64,000 nucleotides of DNA, taken from contig JAEOTP010000016.1 of NCBI GenBank assembly GCA_016839765.1, forward strand, positions 96,001 through 160,000. The letters are read 5' to 3'. This document shows, piece by piece, positions 48,583 to 58,787 of this stretch. The stretch's first letter is position 1; each line of letters opens with the position of its first letter. Both the position numbers and the translations under genes were made by a program. Under the pieces are notes generated by a model, which ran no database searches, was not told where the DNA came from, and saw nothing but the letters and a program-made list of their open reading frames with translations. The DNA is from Promethearchaeota archaeon (GTDB taxonomy: Archaea; Asgardarchaeota; Lokiarchaeia; Sigyniarchaeales; SOKP01).

Positions 48583-49071
48583 ATGAATTATTGTCCTTAT
48601 TGTGGTAGTAATGTAGAATCTTCTTGGAAAGTCTGTGCAAATTGCGGGCATAAAATAGTTGATGAAGAAATTTCTACCATAACCCAAAAAGAACCAGAAA
48701 TACAAACTGAAAAAGTTGAGGTTGAAATTCCTAAATCAGATAAAGTTTATCACAGACCGCAAGCGTATCAAACCTCTCCAACAAGAGCAAATGGAATCAC
48801 TGCTTTAGTAGTTGGAATTATTGGTTTTAGTTGGTCCTTCTCTCTTATAATACTTAGAATTCTTAATTTATATTCAGCGTCTGGTTTTATGGTTGGAAAT
48901 CTATTCACTGTTATGTTGGGTATCATAGCTATTATTTTTGGAATTGTTGGAATTAGTAAAGATGATTCAAAAGGAATGGGAGTTGCTGGTTTGATATTAG
49001 GAATTGCTAATATAATATGCTTAATAATTCGGTTTGTTATATTTTTCATTCCCTGGCCTTCTTACCCGTAG
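48583..49071 (+). CDS. Zinc-ribbon + 3-TM protein (tandem paralog 1)
   Basis: YCPYCG..CANCG and GISKDDSKGMGVAGLILG. Confidence 0.8.
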   Translation: MNYCPYCGSNVESSWKVCANCGHKIVDEEISTITQKEPEIQTEKVEVEIPKSDKVYHRPQAYQTSPTRANGITALVVGIIGFSWSFSLIILRILNLYSASGFMVGNLFTVMLGIIAIIFGIVGISKDDSKGMGVAGLILGIANIICLIIRFVIFFIPWPSYP

Positions 49072-49232
49072 ATATAAATACAGAACTACATTGAATACAT
49101 TTATAGCAAAATGATTGGTTTCTCAATCCGTTTCTTATTTTAAAGTTAAAAAGATTTTATTATAACCACTTACAAAGAAATGTTTCTAATTACTAAAAAA
49201 GAAATATATATTTTGTTTTTCTAGAGATAAAT

Positions 49233-49709
49233 ATGAATTATTGTCCTAATTGTGGTAGTAATGTAGAATCTTCTTGGAAAGTTTGTGCAAACTGTGGTCA
49301 TAGATTAGTAGATGAAGAAACTTCTGTAAAAACTCAGGAAGAACCAGAAAGCCAAGCTAAAAAAGTTGAAGTTGTAACACCCAAACCCTCCTATGTTTAT
49401 GTCAAACCACAAAGAAAATATGGAATCACTGCTTTAATACTCGGAATAATTGGTTTTAGCTTGTCGTTTTTGATTATGGCACTCAGGACTATTGGTTTTA
49501 GTGCACTAGATTACATTAGCATCTTAATAGCTGGCAATGCGATTAGTCTTATATTGAGTATTTTAGCTGTTATTTTTGGAATTCTTGGGATTGCTAAAGA
49601 CGATTCAAGAGGAATGGGGATTGCTGGTTTGATTTTAGGAGTTCTTAATATTATGGGAGTTTTCGTCAGGTTTGGTGTATTTATGGGAGAAATTAGCCCA
49701 TATTACTAA
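49233..49709 (+). CDS. Zinc-ribbon + 3-TM protein (tandem paralog 2)
   Basis: N-terminus nearly identical to the 48583 gene; GIAKDDSRGMGIAGLILG. Confidence 0.8.
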   Translation: MNYCPNCGSNVESSWKVCANCGHRLVDEETSVKTQEEPESQAKKVEVVTPKPSYVYVKPQRKYGITALILGIIGFSLSFLIMALRTIGFSALDYISILIAGNAISLILSILAVIFGILGIAKDDSRGMGIAGLILGVLNIMGVFVRFGVFMGEISPYY

Positions 49710-49797
49710 TAATACTGAATGCTTTTCAAGTAAGACAACAGTTCTCTCAATCCATATCATACTTTAAATGTTTTTCTCTATATTACCGTTAACAACA

Positions 49798-49893
49798 TTA
49801 GTATATTACTGAAACTGTTACAGTTGTATTATATGCAAGTATTTTATCTGAAGTATCTCCTAACTCTTTAATCATAATACCTTTAGCAATTAA
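49798..49893 (-). pseudogene. 3' remnant of a paralog of the Lin0512-family gene
   Basis: Translates as LIAKGIMIKELGDTSDKILAYNTTVTVSVIY*, versus LIAKGILIEALGDSSDKILICNAAVTVSIDTY* in the intact gene. No start; in-frame stop upstream. Confidence 0.8.
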
Positions 49894-49969
49894 ATGGATT
49901 GGAAATGAATTAGTTGCTAACTCAATTCATTTTTTATTTTAAAAGCTCTTTATTATATATTCAGCAACA

Positions 49970-50350
49970 TTAATAAGTATCAATTGAGACAGTAACAGCA
50001 GCATTACATATTAAAATCTTATCAGAACTGTCTCCTAGAGCTTCAATCAATATTCCTTTAGCTATTAACCCTCCATTTACAACCTCAATAGAACTTTGTC
50101 CAAATGGAACTGCTTTAAGCACTGTATCTTCATCAATGCTCTCAGGGTAGGGAGTCCCAATTTTAACATGAACTTTCATTCCTAAAAGCTCTTTTGGCGT
50201 TCTTAAACCACAAATTTCTATTAATCCTGTAAGGCAATTATTAGAGATTGCATTTTTAACTGCTTTAATTGCTGCATTAGTACAATTATCATTATGCCCA
50301 TGCTGGTCTGCTCCCATGGCGAGCTGTACAATAAATCTTTTTTCATTCAT
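49970..50350 (-). CDS. Lin0512-family protein
   Basis: MGADQHG..TNAAIKAVKNAI, VHVKIGTPYP, PFGQ, NAAVTV. Confidence 0.85.
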   Translation of the reverse strand: MNEKRFIVQLAMGADQHGHNDNCTNAAIKAVKNAISNNCLTGLIEICGLRTPKELLGMKVHVKIGTPYPESIDEDTVLKAVPFGQSSIEVVNGGLIAKGILIEALGDSSDKILICNAAVTVSIDTY

Positions 50351-50475
50351 AGTTTATCAAATTGTAGATTTTATACTTATATTTGTATTATCTAAAACTT
50401 TTATTTATTGGTTTTTACTTATTATTAAGGATTAAGTTAGAATTTAAGAATGAAAACAATTGAGATTGATTTTGA

Positions 50476-51591
50476 ATGAATAATAATGTAGAAAAAACTT
50501 ATGAGATCGATGAAAATATTTACCAACGTTTTGAAGCTAAATATCATATGATCTATCGGCGCACCTGGGATAAAAATTTGCTAACATATGGTAAAATGTT
50601 CGAAGAAAACATAGAAAATCATATTAATTCGAAAAAAGAGGGTTATAGTCGGATTGATTTTGCTTTAGTCGCTGCAGGATGGACAGTTTACGAACAATTT
50701 CCATTTGCTTTTGCTTGGGAAAGGAAAGCTGATTATGACATAGGGTATGGTATAAATTGGATGAAATCGAAATATAAAATTGAAGATCGTAAAATATTTT
50801 CTCAATCAATAAAAAAAGCAGCTAAATTTTATGGAGCTTCTTTAGTTGGGGTTGCAAACGTCAATGAAAATTGGGTTTACAAATCGGGTTTTGTACGGCC
50901 CAATCTAACTAGTGAAGCAGAATCAAAAAAAGATGTCAGAGAAGGTCTCAATTCAGGATCTATATTAGAAACACCTATAAATCTACCAGGAGGTATAGAT
51001 AAAGTTGTTGTCATTGCTATTGAAATGGATCAAAATGCTATTTCCAGCGCTCCTGCTCAACCTGCTGCCGCTGCTGCTGCCGTGGCGTATTCAAAAATGG
51101 CATTTGTGATCTCCTGTTTAGGAGAATTTATAAGAAACTTAGGTTATCGAGCTATTCAATGTGGGAATGATACAGCTATTAGTATACCCTTAGCAATCGA
51201 TGCTGGACTTGGGGCTCTTGGAAGAAATGGATTGCTTATAACTCCAGAGTATGGACCTAGAGTAAGAATTTGTAAGGTTTTTACTGATTTACCACTAGTT
51301 TCTGATAAACCAAATTTTAAGTTTATTCAAAATGTAAAAAAAAAGTGTAAGAATTGTTATAAATGTGCTGAAGCTTGTGAAACAAATGCTATAAGTAGGG
51401 AAAGAGAACCTAATTTTATACCGACTTCAATCTCTAATAATCCAGGCGTTAAGAAGTACTATGTGGATGTAGAAAAGTGTTTTGAGTTCTGGATAGAAAA
51501 CTCAAGTGACTGTGGCAACTGCATCGCAGTTTGTCCTTATTCTAAAATTAAAAATTACTTGACGGCTCCGGAATTTTGGGATTCCAAATAA
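50476..51591 (+). CDS. Reductive dehalogenase-like cobalamin / 2x[4Fe-4S] protein
   Basis: IKKAAKFYGASLVG, FIRNLGYRA, SIPLAIDAGLG.LGR.GLLITPEYGPRVR...TDLPL, CxxCxxCxxxC, CGNCIAVCP. Confidence 0.85.
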   Translation: MNNNVEKTYEIDENIYQRFEAKYHMIYRRTWDKNLLTYGKMFEENIENHINSKKEGYSRIDFALVAAGWTVYEQFPFAFAWERKADYDIGYGINWMKSKYKIEDRKIFSQSIKKAAKFYGASLVGVANVNENWVYKSGFVRPNLTSEAESKKDVREGLNSGSILETPINLPGGIDKVVVIAIEMDQNAISSAPAQPAAAAAAVAYSKMAFVISCLGEFIRNLGYRAIQCGNDTAISIPLAIDAGLGALGRNGLLITPEYGPRVRICKVFTDLPLVSDKPNFKFIQNVKKKCKNCYKCAEACETNAISREREPNFIPTSISNNPGVKKYYVDVEKCFEFWIENSSDCGNCIAVCPYSKIKNYLTAPEFWDSK

Positions 51592-51728
51592 GTTAAAATT
51601 TAAATTAGATTCCAAAAATTAGAACCCACAAATTGATGACATAAATTTTATGAGTTATTTTAAATATATTTATCAAAACAGATAAAATTTGTAACCAATT
51701 AATTAATGAAAATCATACAGTTCTGAAA

Positions 51729-53444
51729 ATGAAAATTTTCGATAAAACAGCAGTAGCTCAGTTTTTAGATGAATACATTCCGCAACTTAAAGTCCAGGAT
51801 ATTGAAGTGCTAATCGAGATACCCCCCACAGAAATTGATTATACATATGCATTTCCATGTTTTAGTCTAGCTAAGGTTGAGAAAAAATCACCAAAAGTTA
51901 TAGCAAAGGAACTAAAAAAACAAATCAAATTACCTGATTTCTTGGAAGATATTGAAGCAAATGGACCATATTTAAATATTAAAGTAAAATCACAGTATAT
52001 TCTAAAGGAAATTTTTGAATTAAACGAAGATTATGGCAGATTAAGGTTAAAATTAGGGATTGCAGATGAAAAAAAGAAAAGAGTTGTAATTGAGTATCCT
52101 TCTCCTAATACAAACAAACCTTTACATTTTGGACACGTCAGAAATATGCTATTAGGTAAATCTCTCTCAAATTTACTAGAATACAAGGGACATACTATAT
52201 TTCAGGTTAATTTATATAATAATCGTGGAATACATATTTGCAAAAGCATGCTAGCTTATAAAAAATGGGGTAATAACAAAAAACCAGATAAGAAAAGCGA
52301 TCATTTTGTTGGAGATTACTACGTAAAGTATGGTGAAAAGTTAAAGCAAGATAAGGAATTAGAAAAAGAAGCTTATGAACTATTAAGATTGTGGGAAGCA
52401 GGTGATAAAGCAACAGTAGCTTTATGGAATAAAATGAATAAATGGGCAATAGATGGTTTCAATAAAACTTATGATAAATTAGGAATTTCATTTGAAAAGG
52501 AATATTTTGAGTCAGATCTGTATTTAAAAGGTAAGGAGATAATTTTTGACGCCTTAAACAAGGGAACATTCGAAAAAGTTGAAAATGGAGCTATAATCGC
52601 AAGATTAAAAGAAAAATATAACCTTGAAGATAAAATTTTAGTAAGAAGTGATGGAACTTCAATTTATATAACTCAAGATATTTATTTAGCTTATAGGAAG
52701 AAAGCAGATTTTAATTATGATAAATCAATATATGTCGTTGGAGATGAACAAATTCAACATTTTAAATGGTTGTTTGCCATTTTGGATATGTTAGGGTTTA
52801 AGGAGGATAATTATCATTTGTCTTATGGAATGATAAGTTTACCAAGCGGTAAAATGAAGAGCAGAGAAGGCACAATTGTTGATGCAGACGATATCATTGA
52901 AGAAGTAGAGAACCTAGCTTTTCAAGAAGTGGAAAATAGGTATCCAAACATTCCTAGTGCTGAAAAGAAAAAGAGATCTGAAATTATTGGCCAAGCAGCT
53001 CTGAAGTTTTACATTTTAAAATATAATCCCATTAAGGGTTTTGTATTTAATCCTAAGGAAAGTATTTCGTTTGAGGGTGAAACAGGGCCATACATTCAAT
53101 ATTGCTATGCGAGAATAGCTTCCATTATCAAAAAATCGGAACTTGAAGTAAGCACCAACTTAAACTGGGATTTACTAAGGCATGAAAAGGAGAAATTTTT
53201 AATAAAGCAATTAGTATATTTTCCTGAAACTATTGATTTATCAGAAAAAACATATAATATTCATTTAATTGCTCAATATCTATTGACTTTATGTCAATTG
53301 TTTAATTCATTTTATTCTTCATGTCAAGTAATTTCTGAAGAAAAAGAGCTGGAACGCGCAAGATTGTTATTAATTAAATGTGTACAAATAGTTATTAAAA
53401 TTGGATTGAATATGTTAGGGATTGAAACTTTAGAACAAATGTAA
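51729..53444 (+). CDS. argS: Arginine--tRNA ligase
   Basis: EYPSPNTNKPLHFGHVRN, RSDGT, KMKSREG, GETGPYIQY. Confidence 0.96.
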   Translation: MKIFDKTAVAQFLDEYIPQLKVQDIEVLIEIPPTEIDYTYAFPCFSLAKVEKKSPKVIAKELKKQIKLPDFLEDIEANGPYLNIKVKSQYILKEIFELNEDYGRLRLKLGIADEKKKRVVIEYPSPNTNKPLHFGHVRNMLLGKSLSNLLEYKGHTIFQVNLYNNRGIHICKSMLAYKKWGNNKKPDKKSDHFVGDYYVKYGEKLKQDKELEKEAYELLRLWEAGDKATVALWNKMNKWAIDGFNKTYDKLGISFEKEYFESDLYLKGKEIIFDALNKGTFEKVENGAIIARLKEKYNLEDKILVRSDGTSIYITQDIYLAYRKKADFNYDKSIYVVGDEQIQHFKWLFAILDMLGFKEDNYHLSYGMISLPSGKMKSREGTIVDADDIIEEVENLAFQEVENRYPNIPSAEKKKRSEIIGQAALKFYILKYNPIKGFVFNPKESISFEGETGPYIQYCYARIASIIKKSELEVSTNLNWDLLRHEKEKFLIKQLVYFPETIDLSEKTYNIHLIAQYLLTLCQLFNSFYSSCQVISEEKELERARLLLIKCVQIVIKIGLNMLGIETLEQM

Positions 53445-53451
53445 TTTTAAC

Positions 53452-54384
53452 TTGAAAACTAAGGGTTATTCAATGAAATTTTATGATTTTGGAGAAGTAA
53501 TTGATTCTAAAAGTAAATTTGTACTATTTGGAGTACCATGGGATTATTTAACTTCAATAAAAGCGCCTAATTCAGCAATAGCTCCTCAAAAAATACGTGA
53601 AGTAACCAAAGATTTAGCCTTGACTACTGAAATGGGTATAGAAATACCCAATTTAGAAGTGGTAGATTTAGGAGATGTTCAGATAGAAGCCTTAGAAGTA
53701 GATAAAAATCTTAAAGAAATTAAGAATTTTATTTACCACATTTATAATCAGAAGAGGGATGTTATTCCAATAATGATTGGTGGGGATCATTTCTGTTCCT
53801 TTCCCGTTATACAAACCGTTGGAGATTTATTCGCAGATAAAGATCAATTTGGTATTTTGATATTTGATGCTCATCTTGATCTTTATGAGGAATGGGATAA
53901 GGGAATATATTCACATGCTACTATCTCTCATCGAGTCTTTGATTTAGATTATGTAAATAATAATAATATTTTAATTGTAGGTACAAGAGATATTGATATC
54001 CCAGAATTAAAGATTGCTAAGGAAGAAAAAATTGAACATCTGGATGCATATCAACTTCAAGACTATGGATTAAATAGATACATACAAGAAATTATTAATT
54101 TTTTTACGAACTCAAAAATAAAATTTTTATATGTCTCAATTGACATTGATGTTTTAGAACCCTCGATAGCTCCTGGAACCGGATTTGCAATTCCAGGTGG
54201 TTTATCTTATCGAGAATTATGGACAATTTTAAGACAAGTAGCTAATGAACTTAAAATAGTTGGATTTGATTTAGTTGAAGTTGCACCAAATTTAGATCTT
54301 TCAAACAACTTGACTAGTAATTTAGCTGCTAAATTAATTATAGAGTTCATTTCTTTTATCTCAAATAATTTATATTTTAAGTAA
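53452..54384 (+). CDS. speB: Agmatinase / ureohydrolase family (likely ATG start at 53473)
   Basis: GGDH, DAHLDL, SIDIDVLEP..APGTG..PGG, DLVEVAP. Confidence 0.88.
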   Translation: MKTKGYSMKFYDFGEVIDSKSKFVLFGVPWDYLTSIKAPNSAIAPQKIREVTKDLALTTEMGIEIPNLEVVDLGDVQIEALEVDKNLKEIKNFIYHIYNQKRDVIPIMIGGDHFCSFPVIQTVGDLFADKDQFGILIFDAHLDLYEEWDKGIYSHATISHRVFDLDYVNNNNILIVGTRDIDIPELKIAKEEKIEHLDAYQLQDYGLNRYIQEIINFFTNSKIKFLYVSIDIDVLEPSIAPGTGFAIPGGLSYRELWTILRQVANELKIVGFDLVEVAPNLDLSNNLTSNLAAKLIIEFISFISNNLYFK

Positions 54385-54385
54385 A

Positions 54386-55342
54386 ATGCCAGTTGAAGAT
54401 TTTAAAGAGAAATTGAAGAAAGTAAATCAATTTAAAATAGATAAAAGTGATAATCTTGTTGAATTAATAAAAGCATTAGCGGACACAGGATTTAATGCTA
54501 AGAGATTAGCTAAAGCTTGTGAAATTTATAAAGAAATGGTTGAAGATAAAGATTGTACTAAGTTTTTTGGATTAGCTGGAGCCTTAATACCAGCTGGTAT
54601 GCAGGGAGTAATCTATGATTTTATAAAGCATGATTTTATTGATATTTTAGTTACTACTGGTGCCAGTTTAACTCATGATCTCGCAGAAACACTCGGATTC
54701 CACCATTTACAAGGTGAGTTTAAGATCCATGAATTAAATGATACTAACCTTCATGAAAATCAGTTAAACCGTATTTATGATGTTTTTTTACCTAATGAGG
54801 TATATGAAGGCATAGAAGATTTTGTTTCTGATTTAGTCATACCTGATAATAATATACCGGTTAGCTCTTTTCTAAAAACTCTAGGAGAACAATTACCAGA
54901 TAACAAAAACTCAATATTAAAAATATGTGCAGAAAAGGAGATTCCGATATTTTGTCCAGCATTCACAGATTCGGGTTTAGCATTGCAATTAGGATTCCAT
55001 CATCGAGATTTAAACTTAAACCATTTTAAAGATATGTTAAAAATGGTTGATTTAGCCTGGGATGCTAAAAATGCGGGCGTATGTATCGTGGGGGGAGGCG
55101 TTCCAAAGAATTTTATTTTTCAATCGCTTCAATTTTGTCCCACTTCAGCGATTTATGCAATACAGATTACAATGGATCGTCCAGAACCAGGAGGTTTAAG
55201 CGGAGCAACATTAGAAGAAGCAATTTCATGGGGGAAGGTTAATGAGAAAGCTAAATATTCTACAGTAATTTCTGATGCAACGATAGCTTTACCAATAATA
55301 TTATTATATTTAAAAAAATCAAGAAAGCCAAAACAACCTTAA
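54386..55342 (+). CDS. dys: Deoxyhypusine synthase
   Basis: GFNA, TGASLTHD, CPAFTDS, GGGVPKN, GGLSGATLEEAISWGK, DATIALP. Confidence 0.93.
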   Translation: MPVEDFKEKLKKVNQFKIDKSDNLVELIKALADTGFNAKRLAKACEIYKEMVEDKDCTKFFGLAGALIPAGMQGVIYDFIKHDFIDILVTTGASLTHDLAETLGFHHLQGEFKIHELNDTNLHENQLNRIYDVFLPNEVYEGIEDFVSDLVIPDNNIPVSSFLKTLGEQLPDNKNSILKICAEKEIPIFCPAFTDSGLALQLGFHHRDLNLNHFKDMLKMVDLAWDAKNAGVCIVGGGVPKNFIFQSLQFCPTSAIYAIQITMDRPEPGGLSGATLEEAISWGKVNEKAKYSTVISDATIALPIILLYLKKSRKPKQP

Positions 55343-55359
55343 ATGAAACCCTTAAAACT

Positions 55360-55824
55360 TTAATAAAATAGCCCTTTTAATTTTTGATCAACATTTTGTG
55401 TATCTGAACCAAAAATTTGATCAAGTATTTCCTTAAAATCTTTAAATTGAGAAACTTCGGACAAATTTTTCCTTTCATTTTTCTTTTTAAATTCACTCGC
55501 TACATTAGTCAATAATGGTTTGAGGATTTTCTGTATATATTTATCAATTTTCTTTTCTCCATCAAAAATAGCATAGGATACTAAGGGTTCAGGATTTACA
55601 CTATCTTCTGCTGTAATTTCATCATTAATAAAAGCTATAACAAACTTTTTTCCTTCAAAATATTCAATAGTATTCTGTGTAAAAGCAGTATCTGCAAAAT
55701 TTAAGAGAGCTGTTAATAAACCGCTTCTTAAGTCTGTGTCAATTTTTCCTAATGTTGTCTTATGATAACTTTTTTTAACTAAAGTAAAACCTCTGAATAA
55801 TAAACCAGCTTCTCGGATAACCAT
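55360..55824 (-). CDS. Stand-alone longin-like domain protein
   Basis: DLRSGLLTALLNFA helix within a longin-like beta/alpha pattern. Confidence 0.55.
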   Translation of the reverse strand: MVIREAGLLFRGFTLVKKSYHKTTLGKIDTDLRSGLLTALLNFADTAFTQNTIEYFEGKKFVIAFINDEITAEDSVNPEPLVSYAIFDGEKKIDKYIQKILKPLLTNVASEFKKKNERKNLSEVSQFKDFKEILDQIFGSDTQNVDQKLKGLFY

Positions 55825-55991
55825 TTTTAAGAATTTGAATTAGTTTAGTTTAATGCTTAATATTTACTTCGATATATTTCATTTATTTTAATTATACAAG
55901 TTTTTTATAATAAATGCTTTGAATATTTTACCATTTAATTGGAATTTAGTTTTTAATAAGAAATAATATTTATCGAATATTTCTTAGAGTT

Positions 55992-57176
55992 ATGATTACT
56001 AAGCAAAAAATCAAATCATGTGCTGAAAATATCACGAAAAGTGTTAACATTAAAAATGACGGTGAATTTGTAGTAATAAGGGGTGGATTTCACTGCTATG
56101 AGCTTTTGGAGGAAATTGCATTAAGTGTCCTTAGAAAAGGAGGAATTCCACATATTGTTTCCACAAGTGATTATTTTGAGGAAAATATTTGGCAAGACGA
56201 TAAAATAAAAGCGAAAACATTAGAAAAACCACCATTTCCTTATATTGAAATGATTAAAAATATAGATGCTTACATAGTCATTGAATACCCTGAAGATCCG
56301 TCTATACGAAACGAAGCACCAGAAAATAAGCTTGGCGCATATCAAAAATCAGTAGCCCCATTAAGAGAAGTCTTATATGGATTCAAAGAGGAATATGCAC
56401 CAGGTAAAAAGTGGTGTTATGCTGCTTGGCCTTCAAAAAAAGCAGCAGAATTTTATAATGTTGATTATGAAATATATGAAAAATTCATTGTTGATGGTAT
56501 GAGTATTCCATCAGAAGAATTAACTAAAATCACAACGAATCTGGGAAAGTTTTTTGTTGATGCTAAGAAAGTATATGTTAGTGATGATTTCGGTACAGAT
56601 TTTTGGGTTTCCATAGAAAATCGAGCAAGAATTCTTGATGACGGATTACTTTCTGACGAACAAATTGCCTTAGGAAACTTAGGAGGCAATTTACCTGCAG
56701 GTGAAGTATTTTTTCCTCCAAATGAAAAACAAGGAGAAGGAAAGATATTTTGTCCATTAACAAAAGAACGTTATACTCATAAAATTTTGAAAAATATTGA
56801 GCTTAATTTTAAGAATGGTAAGCTGTTGATGAACAAAGTTACAGCTGATACAAATTTAGATATCTTAATCGATGCTTTTAAACAACGTGAAAAGATAGAT
56901 AAAGTGAATAAAGTTCCAGAAATTAGGACATATAATGTTGCAGAGTTAGGAATTGGATGTAATCCTGTAATTACTAAAGCTATCGGATATATTCTTACAG
57001 ATGAGAAAATAAATGGAAGTGTTCACGTTGCTTTTGGATTTAATAAATCATTCGGAGGAACATCAGTCTCTCAAATGCATTGGGATTTTGTTACAACCCC
57101 AAAGGCAAATATTACTATTGAATATTTGGATGGAACTAAAAAGCAAATAATGGAAAATGGTAGATTAGTGGAATAA
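55992..57176 (+). CDS. Aminopeptidase, M29 (AmpS/AmpT) family
   Basis: NLPAGEVF, AELGIG, LTDEK, HVAFG, HWDFV. Confidence 0.9.
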   Translation: MITKQKIKSCAENITKSVNIKNDGEFVVIRGGFHCYELLEEIALSVLRKGGIPHIVSTSDYFEENIWQDDKIKAKTLEKPPFPYIEMIKNIDAYIVIEYPEDPSIRNEAPENKLGAYQKSVAPLREVLYGFKEEYAPGKKWCYAAWPSKKAAEFYNVDYEIYEKFIVDGMSIPSEELTKITTNLGKFFVDAKKVYVSDDFGTDFWVSIENRARILDDGLLSDEQIALGNLGGNLPAGEVFFPPNEKQGEGKIFCPLTKERYTHKILKNIELNFKNGKLLMNKVTADTNLDILIDAFKQREKIDKVNKVPEIRTYNVAELGIGCNPVITKAIGYILTDEKINGSVHVAFGFNKSFGGTSVSQMHWDFVTTPKANITIEYLDGTKKQIMENGRLVE

Positions 57177-57198
57177 CAATTAAAAAGGAAATTTTACA

Positions 57199-57672
57199 TC
57201 AGGGAACTTCTTCTAAGAATTCTATAATTTTTTCTAAAACTAATTCTTTAAAATTAATTCTATCAGCATTAAAATTATATTTCTTGATAAATGTCTCTTC
57301 CTCTGTTGAAAATCCTATGTATACTAATCCAACAGGCTTATCTATGGTTCCTCCTGTCGGTCCAGCAATTCCAGTAATTCCTATTCCAATATCAACATTA
57401 GAAAGAATTCTTACGTTATTAGCTAATTGCCTTGCCACGGTCTCAGAAACAGCACCAAATGCTTCTATACTTTTTGGATCTACATTTAGTAACTCTATTT
57501 TTGATTTATTACTATAACAGACAATAGCTCTCTCAAAAACATTTGAAGCCCCAGAAATATTAGTAATCATATGTGAAATATACCCACCTGTACACGATTC
57601 TGCGATGGCTAATAAAAACTTCTTTCTCTTGAACTCCTTGATGATGTTTTCAATTCTTTTCAACATTTTCAT
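57199..57672 (-). CDS. pncC: NMN amidohydrolase (CinA C-terminal / PncC)
   Basis: AESCTGG, GAS, YSNKSK, GAVS, TGIAGP.GG..KPVG. Confidence 0.9.
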   Translation of the reverse strand: MKMLKRIENIIKEFKRKKFLLAIAESCTGGYISHMITNISGASNVFERAIVCYSNKSKIELLNVDPKSIEAFGAVSETVARQLANNVRILSNVDIGIGITGIAGPTGGTIDKPVGLVYIGFSTEEETFIKKYNFNADRINFKELVLEKIIEFLEEVP

Positions 57673-57856
57673 AATTATAAAGAAATCTTTTTATCTTTAG
57701 TTTCTCTTTAATTTAATTTAATAAACTGTAAAGATTAAAAGAACTTATTATTATTATAAAATCAATATAAATATAATCATAAATAATAATAATTAAGATT
57801 TTGAATAGTTAAATTTAAATTTAGTATAATACGCGGAAAAGCTAAGGAGTGATTAA

Positions 57857-58402
57857 ATGACCGGTAATAAAGAAAAGAAGGATTTTGTATTCAAAATTAC
57901 TGTGATCGGCGATGGAGGTGTCGGTAAAACATCTTTAATTAAAAAATATACTCAAGGCTCATTTCAAAAACAATACATTAAAACCCTTGGAGCTCAATTT
58001 TCAAAATATGATGAAAAAGTAGAAGGAAATATGGTAAAACTTTTCTTTTGGGATATAGCTGGCCAAGCAGAGTTCAGTTTTATGAGACCTACTTTTTATA
58101 AAGGAAGTAAAGCAGCTATTATTGTTTTTTCACATGCTCTTGGGGAAGAAAAGAGTTTTAGTAATATTACTGAATGGCATGAAGATATTAAGAAATATTG
58201 TGGAAATATTCCTATAATTCTATTTGGTAATAAAATTGATTTAATTGATATAGAAAAATTAGATAACGGTAAAGCAGAAGAGATTGTAGATCAACGAAAA
58301 TTTTTAGGATATTATAAAACGAGTGCAAAGACGGGAACTGGAGTATACGAAGCATTTCAAGCAATAATACAAGAATTACATAATAAATTTAAAGATCAAT
58401 AG
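57857..58402 (+). CDS. Rab-like small GTPase
   Basis: GDGGVGKTS, TLG, WDIAGQ, GNKID, TSAK. Confidence 0.93.
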   Translation: MTGNKEKKDFVFKITVIGDGGVGKTSLIKKYTQGSFQKQYIKTLGAQFSKYDEKVEGNMVKLFFWDIAGQAEFSFMRPTFYKGSKAAIIVFSHALGEEKSFSNITEWHEDIKKYCGNIPIILFGNKIDLIDIEKLDNGKAEEIVDQRKFLGYYKTSAKTGTGVYEAFQAIIQELHNKFKDQ

Positions 58403-58433
58403 GTATTTTCACCTTAAATCCCAATGATTACTT

Positions 58434-58727
58434 ATGTTAGAAGAATTCCGAGAGGGTTATCCAAAAATTTTGTTTTTTTCATCAGCACACTGTGCACCTT
58501 GCAAACCAATAGAAGAAATTTTAAAAAGGATTAATATTTCTATGTTTGGAAAGAAATTATTTATTGAAAAAATTGATGTGGAAAAAAATTATAAATTAAC
58601 CAGCAGTTATAAAATTACTTCACTACCTACAATCATTGTAGCAGACAGACGACTTACAGTAAATATACAAGAGGAAGATATAATTGATGCAATTTTGTAT
58701 GGATTTATTTCGTCAGTAAAAATATAA
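58434..58727 (+). CDS. Thioredoxin-fold protein
   Basis: FSSAHCAPCK and cis-Pro loop SLPT. Confidence 0.85.
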   Translation: MLEEFREGYPKILFFSSAHCAPCKPIEEILKRINISMFGKKLFIEKIDVEKNYKLTSSYKITSLPTIIVADRRLTVNIQEEDIIDAILYGFISSVKI

Positions 58728-58787
58728 AATTTAATAAAAAGTAAATTAAAATTTAAATATAATAAAAATAAAGTAGGATAGATTGAT

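Noticed and set aside
174-57517. Many short antisense or alternate-frame ORFs in the track (e.g. 174-413, 3308-3520, 17080-17400, 26677-26976, 38201-38536, 43751-44083, 57284-57517)
   Set aside because: They are shadows of well-supported genes, with no motifs or translation signals.
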